A DNA stretch of 64,000 bases, from contig CAVWWD010000003.1 of assembly GCA_963758635.1 (NCBI GenBank), positions 96,001 through 160,000 of the forward strand. The letters run 5' to 3'. The DNA is from an uncultured Candidatus Rokubacteria bacterium (GTDB taxonomy: Bacteria; Methylomirabilota; Methylomirabilia; Rokubacteriales; CSP1-6). Below, in pieces: positions 10,417 through 22,621 of the stretch. The notes under the pieces were generated by a model that was given only the letters and a program-made list of their open reading frames with translations, did no database searches and was not told the origin of the DNA. Position 1 is the stretch's first letter. Each line of letters begins with the position of its first letter. A program made the position numbers and the translations under genes.

Positions 10417-12351
10417 ATGACCGGTTCCGGAGAGCTGGCGCTCCTCGCCCTCGCCGCGCCCGCCGCGTCCTTCGTGCTCCTCGCCCTCGCGTACCCGCTC
10501 CGGCGGGCGGGGCGGGCCGCCGGCGTCGTGTCGATCCTCTTCGCCGCGGGCGCGCTCGCCGCCGCGCTGCGGGCCTGGTCACTCTCCACCCGCGAGGGCT
10601 TCGACCGCCTGGCGTGGACGTGGCTGCCCGCGGAGGGCGGACCGCTCGTCACGGTGGGGGTGCTCGCCGACGCGGACTCGACGGTGATGCTGGTGCTGGT
10701 GACGCTGGTCGCGCTGCTCGTGCAGGTGTACTCGCTGGGCTACCTCTCCGACGAGCCGCCCGCCTCGCTCGGCCGCTACTACGCGTACCAGTCCCTGTTC
10801 GCCTTCTCGATGATGGGGCTCGTCCTCTCGCCGAACTTCGTCCAGCTCTTCGTGTTCTGGGAGCTCGTCGGCCTGTGCTCGTACCTGCTCATCGGCTACT
10901 GGTACCAGCGGCCGGAGGCGGCGCGCGCCGCGGTGAAGGCCTTCTGGACGACGAAGGCGGGCGACGTGGGGCTCCTGATCGGCATCGTGCTCCTGTGGCG
11001 GCACGCGGGGACGTTCGACTTCCTGACCCTGCTCTCGATCGTGGACGCGGGGCGGATGCCCGTCGAAGGGCTGGCCATCATCACCTTCTGCATCTACCTC
11101 GGCGCGGTCGGCAAGTCGGCCCAGTTCCCGCTGCACGTGTGGCTGCCCGACGCCATGGAAGGGCCGACGCCGGTATCCGCCCTCATCCACGCCGCCACCA
11201 TGGTGACGGCGGGCGTGTACCTCCTCCGGCGCACGGAGTGGCTCTTCGCGCTGACGCCGGACGTGCTGGCCCTCGTGGGATGGGTGGGCGCGTTCACCGC
11301 GCTCCTCGCCGCCGTGCTCGCGTGCGTGCAGCTGGACATCAAGCGCGTGCTCGCCTACTCGACGGTGTCGCAGCTCGGCTACATGATGGCGGCCATCGGC
11401 GCGGGGGTGGGCGCGGCCGGGTTCCTGCACCTGCTCACCCACGGGGTGTTCAAGGCCCTGCTCTTCCTGGGGGCGGGGGCGGTGATCCACGCCGTCGGGT
11501 CGAACGACATCGACCGCATGGGCGGCCTCGCCCGGCGCATGCCGCAGACGATGGTCGTGTTCCTCGTCGGGACGCTGTCGCTCGCCGGCATCCCGCTCTT
11601 CGCCGGGTTCTTCTCCAAGGAGGAGATCCTCGGCGCGGTGTGGGGGGCGACGGGGCGCGCGCCGCACTTCACGGTGCCGTTCGCCATGCTCGTCCTCGTG
11701 GCGTTCCTCACCGCGTTCTACATGTTCCGGGTGGTCTTCATCGCCTTCTTCGGGACGCCGGCGGGCGCGGCGGCGGGTGGTCACGGACCGGCGGCCGGCG
11801 GTCACGGCGCCGGGCACGGGACGGGCCACGGCCACGGCGGGCACCTCCACGACGCGCCCGCCGTGATGACGCTGCCCCTCTGGCTCCTCGCCGTGATGTC
11901 GGTGGCCATCGGCGTGTACTTCCAGCTCCACCACCCGGAGACCGAGGTCGCCAGCCCGTCCTGGCTCCCGCCCCTCGCCATCGCCGTCGCGGTGGCCGGC
12001 ATCCTGCTGGCCTGGCTCACCTACCAGCTCCGCGTCATCGATCCGGAGAGCCTCGCCGCCGCCTTCGGGCCCATCCGGCGCGCCGCCCTCGCGCGCTTCT
12101 GGCTGGACGACCTCTTCGCCGCGCTCTACCGCGGGGCCATCCTCGGCGTCTCGCGCGTGGTGGGCTGGATCGACCGCTACCTCGTGGACGGCGTGCTCAA
12201 CGTGCTCAGCGCGTGGACCCTGGACGCCGGCGATCGCCTGCGCCGCATCCAGTCCGGCCAGCCCCAGGACTACGTGTACGGCGTGGCCTTCGGCCTGCTG
12301 CTCATCATCGTGGGCTACCGCGTCAGCGTGTGGCTCAGCTGGATCGGATGA
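10417..12351 (+). CDS. nuoL: NADH-quinone oxidoreductase subunit L
   Basis: WELVGLCSYLLIG, GKSAQFPLHVWLPDAMEGPTPVSALIHAATMV, QSGQPQDY. Confidence 0.96.
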   Translation: MTGSGELALLALAAPAASFVLLALAYPLRRAGRAAGVVSILFAAGALAAALRAWSLSTREGFDRLAWTWLPAEGGPLVTVGVLADADSTVMLVLVTLVALLVQVYSLGYLSDEPPASLGRYYAYQSLFAFSMMGLVLSPNFVQLFVFWELVGLCSYLLIGYWYQRPEAARAAVKAFWTTKAGDVGLLIGIVLLWRHAGTFDFLTLLSIVDAGRMPVEGLAIITFCIYLGAVGKSAQFPLHVWLPDAMEGPTPVSALIHAATMVTAGVYLLRRTEWLFALTPDVLALVGWVGAFTALLAAVLACVQLDIKRVLAYSTVSQLGYMMAAIGAGVGAAGFLHLLTHGVFKALLFLGAGAVIHAVGSNDIDRMGGLARRMPQTMVVFLVGTLSLAGIPLFAGFFSKEEILGAVWGATGRAPHFTVPFAMLVLVAFLTAFYMFRVVFIAFFGTPAGAAAGGHGPAAGGHGAGHGTGHGHGGHLHDAPAVMTLPLWLLAVMSVAIGVYFQLHHPETEVASPSWLPPLAIAVAVAGILLAWLTYQLRVIDPESLAAAFGPIRRAALARFWLDDLFAALYRGAILGVSRVVGWIDRYLVDGVLNVLSAWTLDAGDRLRRIQSGQPQDYVYGVAFGLLLIIVGYRVSVWLSWIG

Positions 12352-12390
12352 TGCGGCGGGTGTCCTGGCTCAGGTGGGTCGGATGATGCG
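12331..12390 (+). repeat. 35-bp-period duplication of the nuoL/nuoM junction
   Basis: TGGCTCAGCTGGATCGGATGATGCG (12331) and TGGCTCAGGTGGGTCGGATGATGCG (12366). Confidence 0.8.
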
Positions 12391-13921
12391 CCTGCCGCTG
12401 CTCTCCATCATCACGTGGGCGCCGTTCGTGGGCGCGGTGCTCATCATGTTCCTGGCCCGCCACCATCCCCTCCTCGTGCGCGTCCTCGCCGTGGCGAGCA
12501 CGTCGGTGTCCCTCGTGCTCTCGCTCGTCGTCTACGTGGCGTACGACCGGGAGGCGGCGGGGTTCCAGTTCTACGAGAAGCTCGCGCTCGTCCCCCCGCT
12601 CGGCATCAGCTACGAGCTGGGCGTGGACGGGATGAGCCTGCTCATGGTGCTGCTGACCTCGATCATCATCTTCGCCGGCGCCTTCGCGTCGTGGACGGTG
12701 AAGGAGCGGAGCCAGGAGTTCTACGCCCTCCTCCTCATCCTCGTCACCGGCGTCTACGGGGTCTTCGTCTCCCTCGACCTCTTCGTGTTCTTCCTCTTCT
12801 ACGAGATCGCCGTACTGCCCATGTACCTCCTGATCGGCATCTGGGGCTCGTCGGGCGAGGTCCGGCCCCAGGGGATCTTCGGGTGGGCGTTCGGCCGGAC
12901 CGGGGTCGGCACCAAGGAATACGCGGCGATGAAGCTGACCCTGTACCTCCTCTTCGGGTCGGCGTTCATCCTCGTCGGCATCCTCGCCCTCTACGTCGCG
13001 GGCGGCTCGACGTCGTTCTCGTTCCTGGACATGGAGCAGCTCCGGTACGAGCCGCGGCTCTCGTCGTGGGTGTTCCTCGCCTTCTACGTGGGCTTCGGGA
13101 TCCTCGCCGGCATCTGGCCGCTCCACACCTGGTCGCCCGACGGGCACGCCTCCGCGCCCACCGCGGTGTCGATGCTCCACGCCGGCGTCCTCATGAAGCT
13201 CGGCGCCTATGGTGTCGTTCGGCTCGGCATGGGGCTCCTGCCCGAGGGCACGCTGCAGTGGACGTGGCTCGTGGGCGGCATCGCGTGCGTCAACATCGTC
13301 TACGGCGCGCTCAGCGCGATGGCGCAGACCGACCTCAAGTACGTGATCGCCTACTCCTCGGTCTCGCACATGGGCGTGGTCATGCTCGGCGCGGCCACCC
13401 TCACCGAGTCCGGGCTCAACGGGTCGGTCTTCCAGATGTTCGCCCACGGCATCATGACCGGGCTCTTCTTCGCGCTGGTCGGCCTCGTCTACGAGAAGGC
13501 GCACTCCCGTGCGATCTTCCAGATGGGTGGCTTCGGCCGGATGATGCCGGGCATCGCCACCGCCTTCACCATCGGAAGCCTGTCCTCCCTCGGCCTGCCC
13601 GCCACCGCGGGATTCGTCGCGGAGTTCCTGACCTTCCTGGGGGCCTGGCAGTCCGCCTACTCGTGGTGGCTCTTCCCCGGCGTGCTCGGCGCGTTCCTCA
13701 CCTCGATCTACGTGCTCCGGGTGACGAAGCAGATCTTCTGGGGGCCGCCCGCCACGGACCCGCACTTCCAGCACCTGCCCGACGCGCAGGGGCCGGAGTG
13801 GGTGGCCCTCGTCGTGCTCGTGGGCATGCTCGTGCTGTTCGGGGTCGCGCCGGGCATCGCGATCGCCCCGGTGGACACCGCCACCGTGCGGCTGCTCGAG
13901 CGCCTGGGAGCGATGCCGTGA
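12383..13921 (+). CDS. nuoM: NADH-quinone oxidoreductase subunit M
   Basis: LGVDGMS, PLHTWSPDGHASAPT, MKLGAYG, IAYSSVSHMG. Confidence 0.95.
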   Translation: MMRLPLLSIITWAPFVGAVLIMFLARHHPLLVRVLAVASTSVSLVLSLVVYVAYDREAAGFQFYEKLALVPPLGISYELGVDGMSLLMVLLTSIIIFAGAFASWTVKERSQEFYALLLILVTGVYGVFVSLDLFVFFLFYEIAVLPMYLLIGIWGSSGEVRPQGIFGWAFGRTGVGTKEYAAMKLTLYLLFGSAFILVGILALYVAGGSTSFSFLDMEQLRYEPRLSSWVFLAFYVGFGILAGIWPLHTWSPDGHASAPTAVSMLHAGVLMKLGAYGVVRLGMGLLPEGTLQWTWLVGGIACVNIVYGALSAMAQTDLKYVIAYSSVSHMGVVMLGAATLTESGLNGSVFQMFAHGIMTGLFFALVGLVYEKAHSRAIFQMGGFGRMMPGIATAFTIGSLSSLGLPATAGFVAEFLTFLGAWQSAYSWWLFPGVLGAFLTSIYVLRVTKQIFWGPPATDPHFQHLPDAQGPEWVALVVLVGMLVLFGVAPGIAIAPVDTATVRLLERLGAMP

Positions 13922-15327
13922 GCCCGATGGCGCTCGAGCTGGGCCTCGCCGCCCTGATGCTGGTCGTGTTCGTCGCCGGCATGTTCGGCCGGCGGGACGA
14001 CACGCGGCGGGTCGGCGTGATCGCGGCGGTGGGCGTCGTGATCCTCTTCGGCGTGTCGCTGCGCACCGAGCCGGGCGGCGACCTGCTCGGCGGCAGCTTC
14101 GTGCAGGACGCGCTCGCCGTGTTCGCCAAGCGCCTGTTCCTTCTCGCCACCGTCCTCGGCATCGTGGGCTCGCTCGCGCTGCGCAGCCGGGCCTTCGCGC
14201 GCCGGGCCACCGAGTACTACCTGATCCTCCTCGCGTCGCTCCTCGGCATGATGGTGCTGGCCTCCGCGCGCGACCTCGTCCTGCTCTTCGTGGCCTTCGA
14301 GCTGATGTCGGTGCCGCTCTACGTCCTCGCCGGCTTCGACAAGCGCGAGGAGTCGGCGGTGGAGGGCGCGCTCAAGTTCTTCCTGGTCGGCACCGTGTCG
14401 TCGGCGATCATCCTGTACGGGCTCTCGTTCGTCTACGGCGTGACGCGGACGACCGAGGTGGCGGGCATCGCCCGCGCCTTCGGCGACGGCCACCCGCTCC
14501 TGATCCTGGGGCTGATCCTCACCCTGGCCGGCATCGGGTTCAAGATCGCCGCGTTCCCGTTCCACATGTGGGTGCCCGACGCGTACGAGGGGGCCAACAC
14601 CCCGTTCGTGGCGTGGCTCTCGGTGGCCCCGAAGGCCGCCGGGTTCATCGTGATGTTCCGGCTCTACCTCGAGGGCCTGGGCGACGGGGTGCTGCTGTGG
14701 GTGCCGATCGCCGGCGGCCTCGCCGCCATCACGATCGTGGCCGGCAACCTCATGGCCATCCCCCAGCAGAACATCAAGCGCATGCTCGCCTACTCGGGCG
14801 TGGCCCACATCGGCTACATGCTGGTGGGGTTCGCCGCGGTCTCGGACGCCGGCGTCGCGATGATGCTCTTCTACCTGGTGGCCTACCTCTTCGGAAACAT
14901 GGGCGCCTTCCTCGTGGTGGAGGCGGTGGCGCAGGCCGAGGGCTCGGAGAGCATCGCGGCGTACCGCGGGCTGGCCCAGCGCTCGCCCGTCCTCGCCCTC
15001 TGCATGCTGCTGTTCCTGCTCTCGCTCGGCGGCATCCCGTTCGTGGTCGGCTTCTGGGCCAAGCTCTACGTGTTCTGGGCGGCGGCCCAGCAGGGGCTCT
15101 ACTGGCTGGTGCTGGTGGGCGCGGTCCTGACGGTGGTCGCGCTCTTCTACTACCTGCTCGTGGCCAAGCGCATGTACATCGATCCCCCCGAGCGTCCGGA
15201 CCCCCTCGAGGTGCCGTTCCTGCTGAAGCTGGGTATCGCCGGCTGCGCGGCCGGGGTGGTCGTGCTCGGGCTGTATCCGAAGCCGGTGGTGATGGCCGCG
15301 CTCCGCGTGGCCTCGACGCTGTTCTGA
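13918..15327 (+). CDS. nuoN: NADH-quinone oxidoreductase subunit N
   Basis: FKIAAFPFHMWVPDAYEG, NIKRMLAYSGVAH, SLGGIP...FWAK. Confidence 0.95.
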   Translation: MSPMALELGLAALMLVVFVAGMFGRRDDTRRVGVIAAVGVVILFGVSLRTEPGGDLLGGSFVQDALAVFAKRLFLLATVLGIVGSLALRSRAFARRATEYYLILLASLLGMMVLASARDLVLLFVAFELMSVPLYVLAGFDKREESAVEGALKFFLVGTVSSAIILYGLSFVYGVTRTTEVAGIARAFGDGHPLLILGLILTLAGIGFKIAAFPFHMWVPDAYEGANTPFVAWLSVAPKAAGFIVMFRLYLEGLGDGVLLWVPIAGGLAAITIVAGNLMAIPQQNIKRMLAYSGVAHIGYMLVGFAAVSDAGVAMMLFYLVAYLFGNMGAFLVVEAVAQAEGSESIAAYRGLAQRSPVLALCMLLFLLSLGGIPFVVGFWAKLYVFWAAAQQGLYWLVLVGAVLTVVALFYYLLVAKRMYIDPPERPDPLEVPFLLKLGIAGCAAGVVVLGLYPKPVVMAALRVASTLF

Positions 15328-15394
15328 TCCGTCCGCCCTGCCAGCAGTAGGACTTTCGTCCCGGTTGCCTTCGCCGTTTGGCCGCCCCACACTT

Positions 15395-15416
15395 CTGTAC
15401 CAACCAGTCGGTACAG
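15395..15416 (+). promoter_or_regulatory. Inverted repeat, candidate TetR operator
   Basis: CTGTACC-N8-GGTACAG directly abutting the RBS of the TetR gene. Confidence 0.55.
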
Positions 15417-15426
15417 GAGGCCAGAC

Positions 15427-16050
15427 GTGGGTGTCGAGACGAAGAGCGCCAAGGGGGCGGCGACCCGGGACCAGATCCTGGACGCGGCGTCCCGGATCAT
15501 CCATCTGCGCGGCTACCACTGCACGTCGCTCGACGACGTGCTCCGCGAGGTGAACGTCGGCAAGGGCAACTTCTACTACCACTTCAAGAGCAAGGAAGAG
15601 CTGGGCTTCGCGATCATCGATCGCATCGTCCAGGGCTTCGTGGAGCGCACGCTCGAGCCGTCGTTCGCCGATCCGGACGGCGACGCCCTCGAGCAGATCA
15701 ACGCGTTCCTGGACCGGATCCTCGAGGCGCAGCGCCGGCGGAAGTGCGTGGGGGGCTGCCCGCTCGGGAACCTGGCCTCCGAGCTGTCCGACGTCCACGA
15801 GGGGTTCCGGCAGCGCCTCGCCGACAGCTTCGCGCAGTGGCGGCTGAAGCTCGCCGAGGCGCTCGAGCGTGGCCAGGCCCGCGGCCGGCTCCGCGCCGAC
15901 CTCGACCCCTCCGGCGCGGCCGAGTTCTTCGTGGCCTCGCTCGAAGGCGCCATCCTCCTCTCGAAGGTCACGCGCGACATCGCGGTCATGGAGAAATGCG
16001 TGCTGGAGCTGCGCAACCACCTGACGCTCTACGAGGAGCCCCGGTCATGA
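15427..16050 (+). CDS. TetR/AcrR family regulator (NemR-like)
   Basis: HTH GKGNFYYHFKSKEEL; GCPLGNLASE. Confidence 0.92.
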   Translation: MGVETKSAKGAATRDQILDAASRIIHLRGYHCTSLDDVLREVNVGKGNFYYHFKSKEELGFAIIDRIVQGFVERTLEPSFADPDGDALEQINAFLDRILEAQRRRKCVGGCPLGNLASELSDVHEGFRQRLADSFAQWRLKLAEALERGQARGRLRADLDPSGAAEFFVASLEGAILLSKVTRDIAVMEKCVLELRNHLTLYEEPRS

Positions 16051-16700
16051 GCGCCGAGACGCGACCCGTCGCGACCGAGCCGAGCCCGAGCAACGCGGGC
16101 GGCGGCCCGCGGCGCCCGGACCCGGACGCCGGGCTCCTCGAGAAGCTCCGGCGGCACGATGCCGACGCCTCCGAGCAGCTGATCGCCACCTTCGGCGACC
16201 GGGTATACCGGCTCGCCATCCGGATCACCGGCAACGAGCAGGACGCGGAGGAAGTGGTGCAGGACGCGCTCTGGACGGCGGCGCGGAAGATCGACATGTT
16301 CAAGGGCGAGTCGGCCTTCGGGAGCTGGCTCTACCGGATCACCGCCAACGCGGCGTACCAGAAGCTGCGCGGCCGGCGGGACAAGAACCACGAGGTGCCG
16401 CTCGAGGACCTGCTGCCGACCTTCGACGAGACGGGCCAGCACATGGAGTCGGTGTCGGACTGGTCGCACCGGATGGAGGAGCCGGCCGTGCAGTCCGAGC
16501 TGCGCTCGGTGCTGTCCTCGGCGATCGACGCGTTGCCCCCGGACTACCGGACGGCCTTCCTGATGCACGACGTGGAGGGGCTCTCGAACCCGGAGATCGC
16601 GGAGACGCTCGGGATCAGCCTGCCCGCCGTGAAGTCCCGGGTGCACCGCTCCCGGCTCTTCCTCCGGCAGCGCCTGGCCCGCTACCTGGACGCGGCCTGA
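16047..16700 (+). CDS. ECF sigma-70 factor
   Basis: DAEEVVQD, FGSWLYRITAN, EIAETLGISLPAVKSRVHR. Confidence 0.92.
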   Translation: MSAETRPVATEPSPSNAGGGPRRPDPDAGLLEKLRRHDADASEQLIATFGDRVYRLAIRITGNEQDAEEVVQDALWTAARKIDMFKGESAFGSWLYRITANAAYQKLRGRRDKNHEVPLEDLLPTFDETGQHMESVSDWSHRMEEPAVQSELRSVLSSAIDALPPDYRTAFLMHDVEGLSNPEIAETLGISLPAVKSRVHRSRLFLRQRLARYLDAA

Positions 16701-16808
16701 CCGACGGCGCGGACCGGGGCTAAGCCCCCGTCCCGCCTTGACGTTCTCGCCGTACCTGTGGTTTCATGTGTGCTCGCGACGATTCCAAGCATAGAAAGGT
16801 CTCAGGGG

Positions 16809-17121
16809 ATGGAAGCGGTCATCGCAACGGGCGGCAAGCAGTACCGGGTGAGCCCCGGCCAGGTCATCAAGGTGGAGCGCCTCGGCAAGCCCTCGGGCGC
16901 CCCCGTCGAGTTCACCAGCGTGCTCCTCGTCAACCAGGACGGGCAGGTGACCGTCGAGCCCGGCGCGCTCGGCTCCGCCAAGGTCACGGGTCGAGGTGGT
17001 CGGCGAGCGCAAGGAGCGGAAGGTCCTCGTGGTGAAGTTCAAGCGGCGCAAGAACTATCGCCGGCACCGCGGCCACCGGCAGATCATGACGGCGGTGCGG
17101 ATCACCGGGATCGAGGTGTAA
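16809..17121 (+). CDS. rplU: 50S ribosomal protein L21; +1 frameshift near 16990
   Basis: AVIATGGKQYRV start; KFKRRKNYRRHRGHRQ in the next frame. Confidence 0.92.
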
Positions 17122-17122
17122 A

Positions 17123-17200
17123 AGCCCCGCGCATCAGACTGATGCCGAGCGGTGGGATTGTAGCGGCCCGTGACGCATACCGCATTCTACGAGGTCATTT
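17123..17200 (+). repeat. Family C intergenic element (copy 1)
   Basis: The reverse complement of 17123-17175 matches 25858-25910 at 47/53 nt; contains the palindrome GCATCAG-A-CTGATGC. Confidence 0.8.
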
Positions 17201-17205
17201 AGGTC

Positions 17206-17463
17206 ATGGCGCACAAGAAGGGTGTCGGCAGCTCCAGGAACGGCCGCGACTCCAACTCGCAGCGGCTCGGGGTGAAGCGCTTCGGCGGGCAGTTCGTCTC
17301 CGCGGGCAGCATCCTGGTCCGGCAGCGCGGGACGCGTTTCAAGGCGGGCGTCGACGTGGGCGTGGGCGTGGACCACACGCTCTTCGCCAAGTCCGAAGGC
17401 TACGTGCTCTTCGAGCGGCGGGGCGACCACAAGTACGTCAGCATCGCCCAAGCTCCCGCCTGA
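17206..17463 (+). CDS. rpmA: 50S ribosomal protein L27
   Basis: [26 protein letters not shown]. Confidence 0.98.
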   Translation: MAHKKGVGSSRNGRDSNSQRLGVKRFGGQFVSAGSILVRQRGTRFKAGVDVGVGVDHTLFAKSEGYVLFERRGDHKYVSIAQAPA

Positions 17464-17497
17464 TCCCTCCCAGGGCCGCCTGGCCCGCCCTGCGTGA

Positions 17498-19637
<2,140 letters not shown>

Positions 19638-19641
<4 letters not shown>

Positions 19642-19829
19642 AGAATGAATCGCGAGACCTCCATGCGTGAGTTCACGGAATCGCGGTGTTGCCCAGCACG
19701 GCGAAGTCGAAGTCCGCTTCTCTCCACAACTCTGGGGTAGAGAATGAATCGCGAGACGGCCACGCGTGTGTACGCGGAATCGCGGTGTTGTCCCGCACGG
19801 CGAAGCCGAAGTCCGCTTCTCTCCACAAC
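19638..19829 (+). repeat. Family A element, two tandem 99-bp units
   Basis: GTAGAGAATGAATCGCGAGAC...GGAATCGCGGTGTTG...GAAGTCCGCTTCTCTCCACAAC starting at 19638 and 19737. Confidence 0.9.
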
Positions 19830-19851
19830 CGGTCCCGGAGGAGCCTGAGTC

Positions 19852-21109
19852 ATGGACATCGCGGCGACGGTGGAGGCGCGAGCGCGGGCCGCCAAGGAGG
19901 CGTCGCGCCACCTCCAGGTGGCGACCACGCGCGCCAAGAACGACGGCCTCGCCCAGATGGCGCGCGGCCTCGAGGAGAAGTCGGCGGTCATCATCGAGGC
20001 CAACCGCGCCGATCTCGAGCGCGCCCGCGCCACGGGCTTCACGCGGGCCTTCATGGACCGGCTCACCCTCACCGACGACCGGATCGACGCGATGGCCGCG
20101 GGCATCCGGCACGTCGCGTCGCTGCCCGATCCGGTGGGCGAGACGGTGGAGACGTGGCGCCGGCCCAACGGCCTCGAGATCGCCCGCGTGCGCGTGCCGC
20201 TGGGCGTGGTGGGCTTCATCTACGAGTCGCGCCCCAACGTGACCGCGGACGCCGCCGCGCTCTGCCTGAAGGCGGGCAACGCCGTCGTGCTGCGGGGTGG
20301 GAGCGAGGCCCTCGAGTCGAACACGATGATCGCCCACGTCCTCGCCAAGGCCATCGAGAAGGCCGGGCTGCCCGCCGACGCCGTGCAGTACCTGGACACG
20401 CCGGACCGGCAGGCCGTGATGGCGCTCCTCACGCTGGACCGCTACCTCGACCTGATCATTCCGCGCGGGGGCGAGGAGTTCACCCGCCTCGTGGCCGAGC
20501 GCGCGACCGTCCCCGTGCTCAAGCACGACAAGGGGCTCTGCCACGTCTACGTGGACGAGGGCGCCGACCTCGAGATGGCGGTGTCGATCGCGGTGAACGC
20601 CAAGGCGCAGCGCGTGAGCGTGTGCAACGCGGCGGAGACGCTGCTCGTGCACGCCGCCGTCGCGCCGCGCTTCCTCCCCGCCGCGGCGGCCCGGCTGACC
20701 GAGGCCGGCGTGGAGCTGCGCGGCGACGCCCGCACGCGGGCCCTCGTGCCCGGCGCGCGCCCCGCAGAGGACGCGGACTGGGACACGGAGTACCTCGACT
20801 ACATCCTCGCCATCCGCGTGGTCGACAGCTTCGAGGATGCGGTGGCGCACATCCGCCGGCACGGGTCGGGCCTCGCCGAGGCCATCGTGACGTTCCGACC
20901 TGCGGCGCGCCCGGCGCTTCACCCACGAGGTGGACGCCGCCGCCGTGCTCGTCAACGCCTCCACGCGCCTCGTCGACGGCTCGCAGTTCGGCATGGGCGC
21001 GGAGATGGGCATCTCCACCTCCAAGCTCCACGCGCGCGGGCCGGTGGGCGTGCGCGAGCTGACCACCACGAAGTTCGTCGTGATCGGCGACGGGCACATC
21101 CGGGAGTAG
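19852..21109 (+). CDS. proA: Gamma-glutamyl phosphate reductase; +1 frameshift near 20893
   Basis: [25 protein letters not shown]; then NASTR...[16 protein letters not shown] in the next frame. Confidence 0.93.
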
Positions 21110-21125
21110 CGGACTGGCCGCCCGC

Positions 21126-21752
21126 GTGGGGGTGTTCGGAGGATCGTTCAACCCGATTCATCTCGGTCACCTGCTCGTCGCCGACGAGGTCGTGGAGCGG
21201 CTCGCCCTCGACCGGCTGCTCTTCGTGCCCGCGGCGTCGCCGCCGCACAAGCCCGCGGGCGACCTCGCGCCCGCCCGTGACCGCCTCGAGATGACGCGCC
21301 TCGCCGTCGCCGGGCACCGGCGCTTCACGGTGTCCGACGTGGAGATCCGCCGGCCGGGCCCGTCCTACACGGTGGACACCCTCCGCGCGCTCGCCGCCGA
21401 AGGCGATCTCCACCTCCTGATGGGCGCGGAGAACTTCCTCGACCTCCTCGGGTGGCGCGCCCCCGCCGAGGTGGCGGCCCTCGCTCGGCTCGTGGTGGTG
21501 CCGCGGTCGGGCGGCGCCTTCGATCCCGACGCGCCCGCGGCCCAGAAGGTCCTCCACGAGCTCGCGCTGCCGCCGTTCAGCCGGGAACCCCGCGCGCCGG
21601 GCCGGGCGCCGCTGCTCGTCGCCGCCGCGTCGCTGCCCGTCTCCGCGTCGGATCTGAGGCGTCGCGCGCGCGAGGGCCGGAGCCTCGCCTATCGCACGCC
21701 GGAGGCCGTCGTCGCCTACATCCGCGCGCACGGCCTCTACCGGGACGCCTGA
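21126..21752 (+). CDS. nadD: Nicotinate-nucleotide adenylyltransferase
   Basis: FGGSFNPIHLGH, PPHK, SYTVDTL. Confidence 0.95.
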   Translation: MGVFGGSFNPIHLGHLLVADEVVERLALDRLLFVPAASPPHKPAGDLAPARDRLEMTRLAVAGHRRFTVSDVEIRRPGPSYTVDTLRALAAEGDLHLLMGAENFLDLLGWRAPAEVAALARLVVVPRSGGAFDPDAPAAQKVLHELALPPFSREPRAPGRAPLLVAAASLPVSASDLRRRAREGRSLAYRTPEAVVAYIRAHGLYRDA

Positions 21753-22102
21753 TGCCCGAGCCCATCGACCCTACCGTGCGGGTGCTCGCCCTCGCCGCGC
21801 TGGACAAGAAGGCGGAGTCGCTCGTCGTGCTCGACCTGCAGGGCCTGTCCGGCGTGGCCGACTACTTCCTCCTCTGCAGCGCGCGCTCCCCCGCGCACCT
21901 CGAAACCATCGCCGACGCCGTGCACGCCGCCGTGAAGGCGCGCGGCACGCGCCTGCGCCACCGCGAGGGCACCGCGAAGAGCGGGTGGCTCATCCTCGAC
22001 TGCGGCGACGTCGTCGTGCACATGTTCCTCGAGGAGACGCGGGCGTTCTACGCGCTCGAGCGGCTGTGGGGCGACGCGCCCGTGGTGTCCGTCGAGGGAT
22101 GA
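21752..22102 (+). CDS. rsfS: Ribosome silencing factor
   Basis: DKKAE, ADYFLLCS, WLILDCGDVVVH, FYALERLWGDAP. Confidence 0.95.
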   Translation: MPEPIDPTVRVLALAALDKKAESLVVLDLQGLSGVADYFLLCSARSPAHLETIADAVHAAVKARGTRLRHREGTAKSGWLILDCGDVVVHMFLEETRAFYALERLWGDAPVVSVEG

Positions 22103-22233
22103 CGTTCGCGCGCGGGCCAGCGCGCGGACGTGGTCGTTCGATTGATTTCACCCAGGGGGCATGGTAGCCTGCGCCTCTGTCGCGGGCCGGTCGAGCCCGC
22201 GGTCGCTGTCACGCGGACGGTGAGGAGGGAGGC

Positions 22234-22599
22234 ATGAGGAAGGAGCGGCTGGCCCACTTCCGCAAGAAGCTGGAGGAGAAGCATCGCCAGCTCGTGGACG
22301 AGGTAGGGAAGACCGTGCTGTATGGCAAGGGTCCGGAGGACGACTCGATCAAGGACCTCGGCGACCAGGCCTCGAGCGCGTACAACCGCGAGTTTCTCTT
22401 CGAGCTGGGCAATGGCGACCGTCGGGTGCTGAAGGAGGTCCAGTCCGCCCTCCAGAAGCTCGACGACGGTGGCTTCGGGGACTGTGAGCGCTGCGGCGAG
22501 GCGATCGCCGAGAAGCGGCTGGAGGCCTTGCCCTTCGCCCGCTACTGCATCGACTGCCAGCGGGCGGCCGAGGAGGAAGAGCGGACTGCTGCCGGCTGA
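22234..22599 (+). CDS. dksA: DksA/TraR family C4 zinc finger protein
   Basis: DLGDQA coiled-coil tip; CERCGE...RLEALP.ARYCIDC. Confidence 0.85.
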   Translation: MRKERLAHFRKKLEEKHRQLVDEVGKTVLYGKGPEDDSIKDLGDQASSAYNREFLFELGNGDRRVLKEVQSALQKLDDGGFGDCERCGEAIAEKRLEALPFARYCIDCQRAAEEEERTAAG

Positions 22600-22621
22600 C
22601 GCGGCCGGCGGCCGCTCGCCC

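Noticed and set aside
11760..11850. His/Gly-rich loop in NuoL
   Set aside because: A common feature of bacterial NuoL at this position
17121..17206. Relay ORF across the rplU-rpmA spacer (and the nuoB-nuoC spacer at 34459-34515)
   Set aside because: As sequenced, no coupled ORF spans these spacers; recorded as counter-examples to the relay pattern
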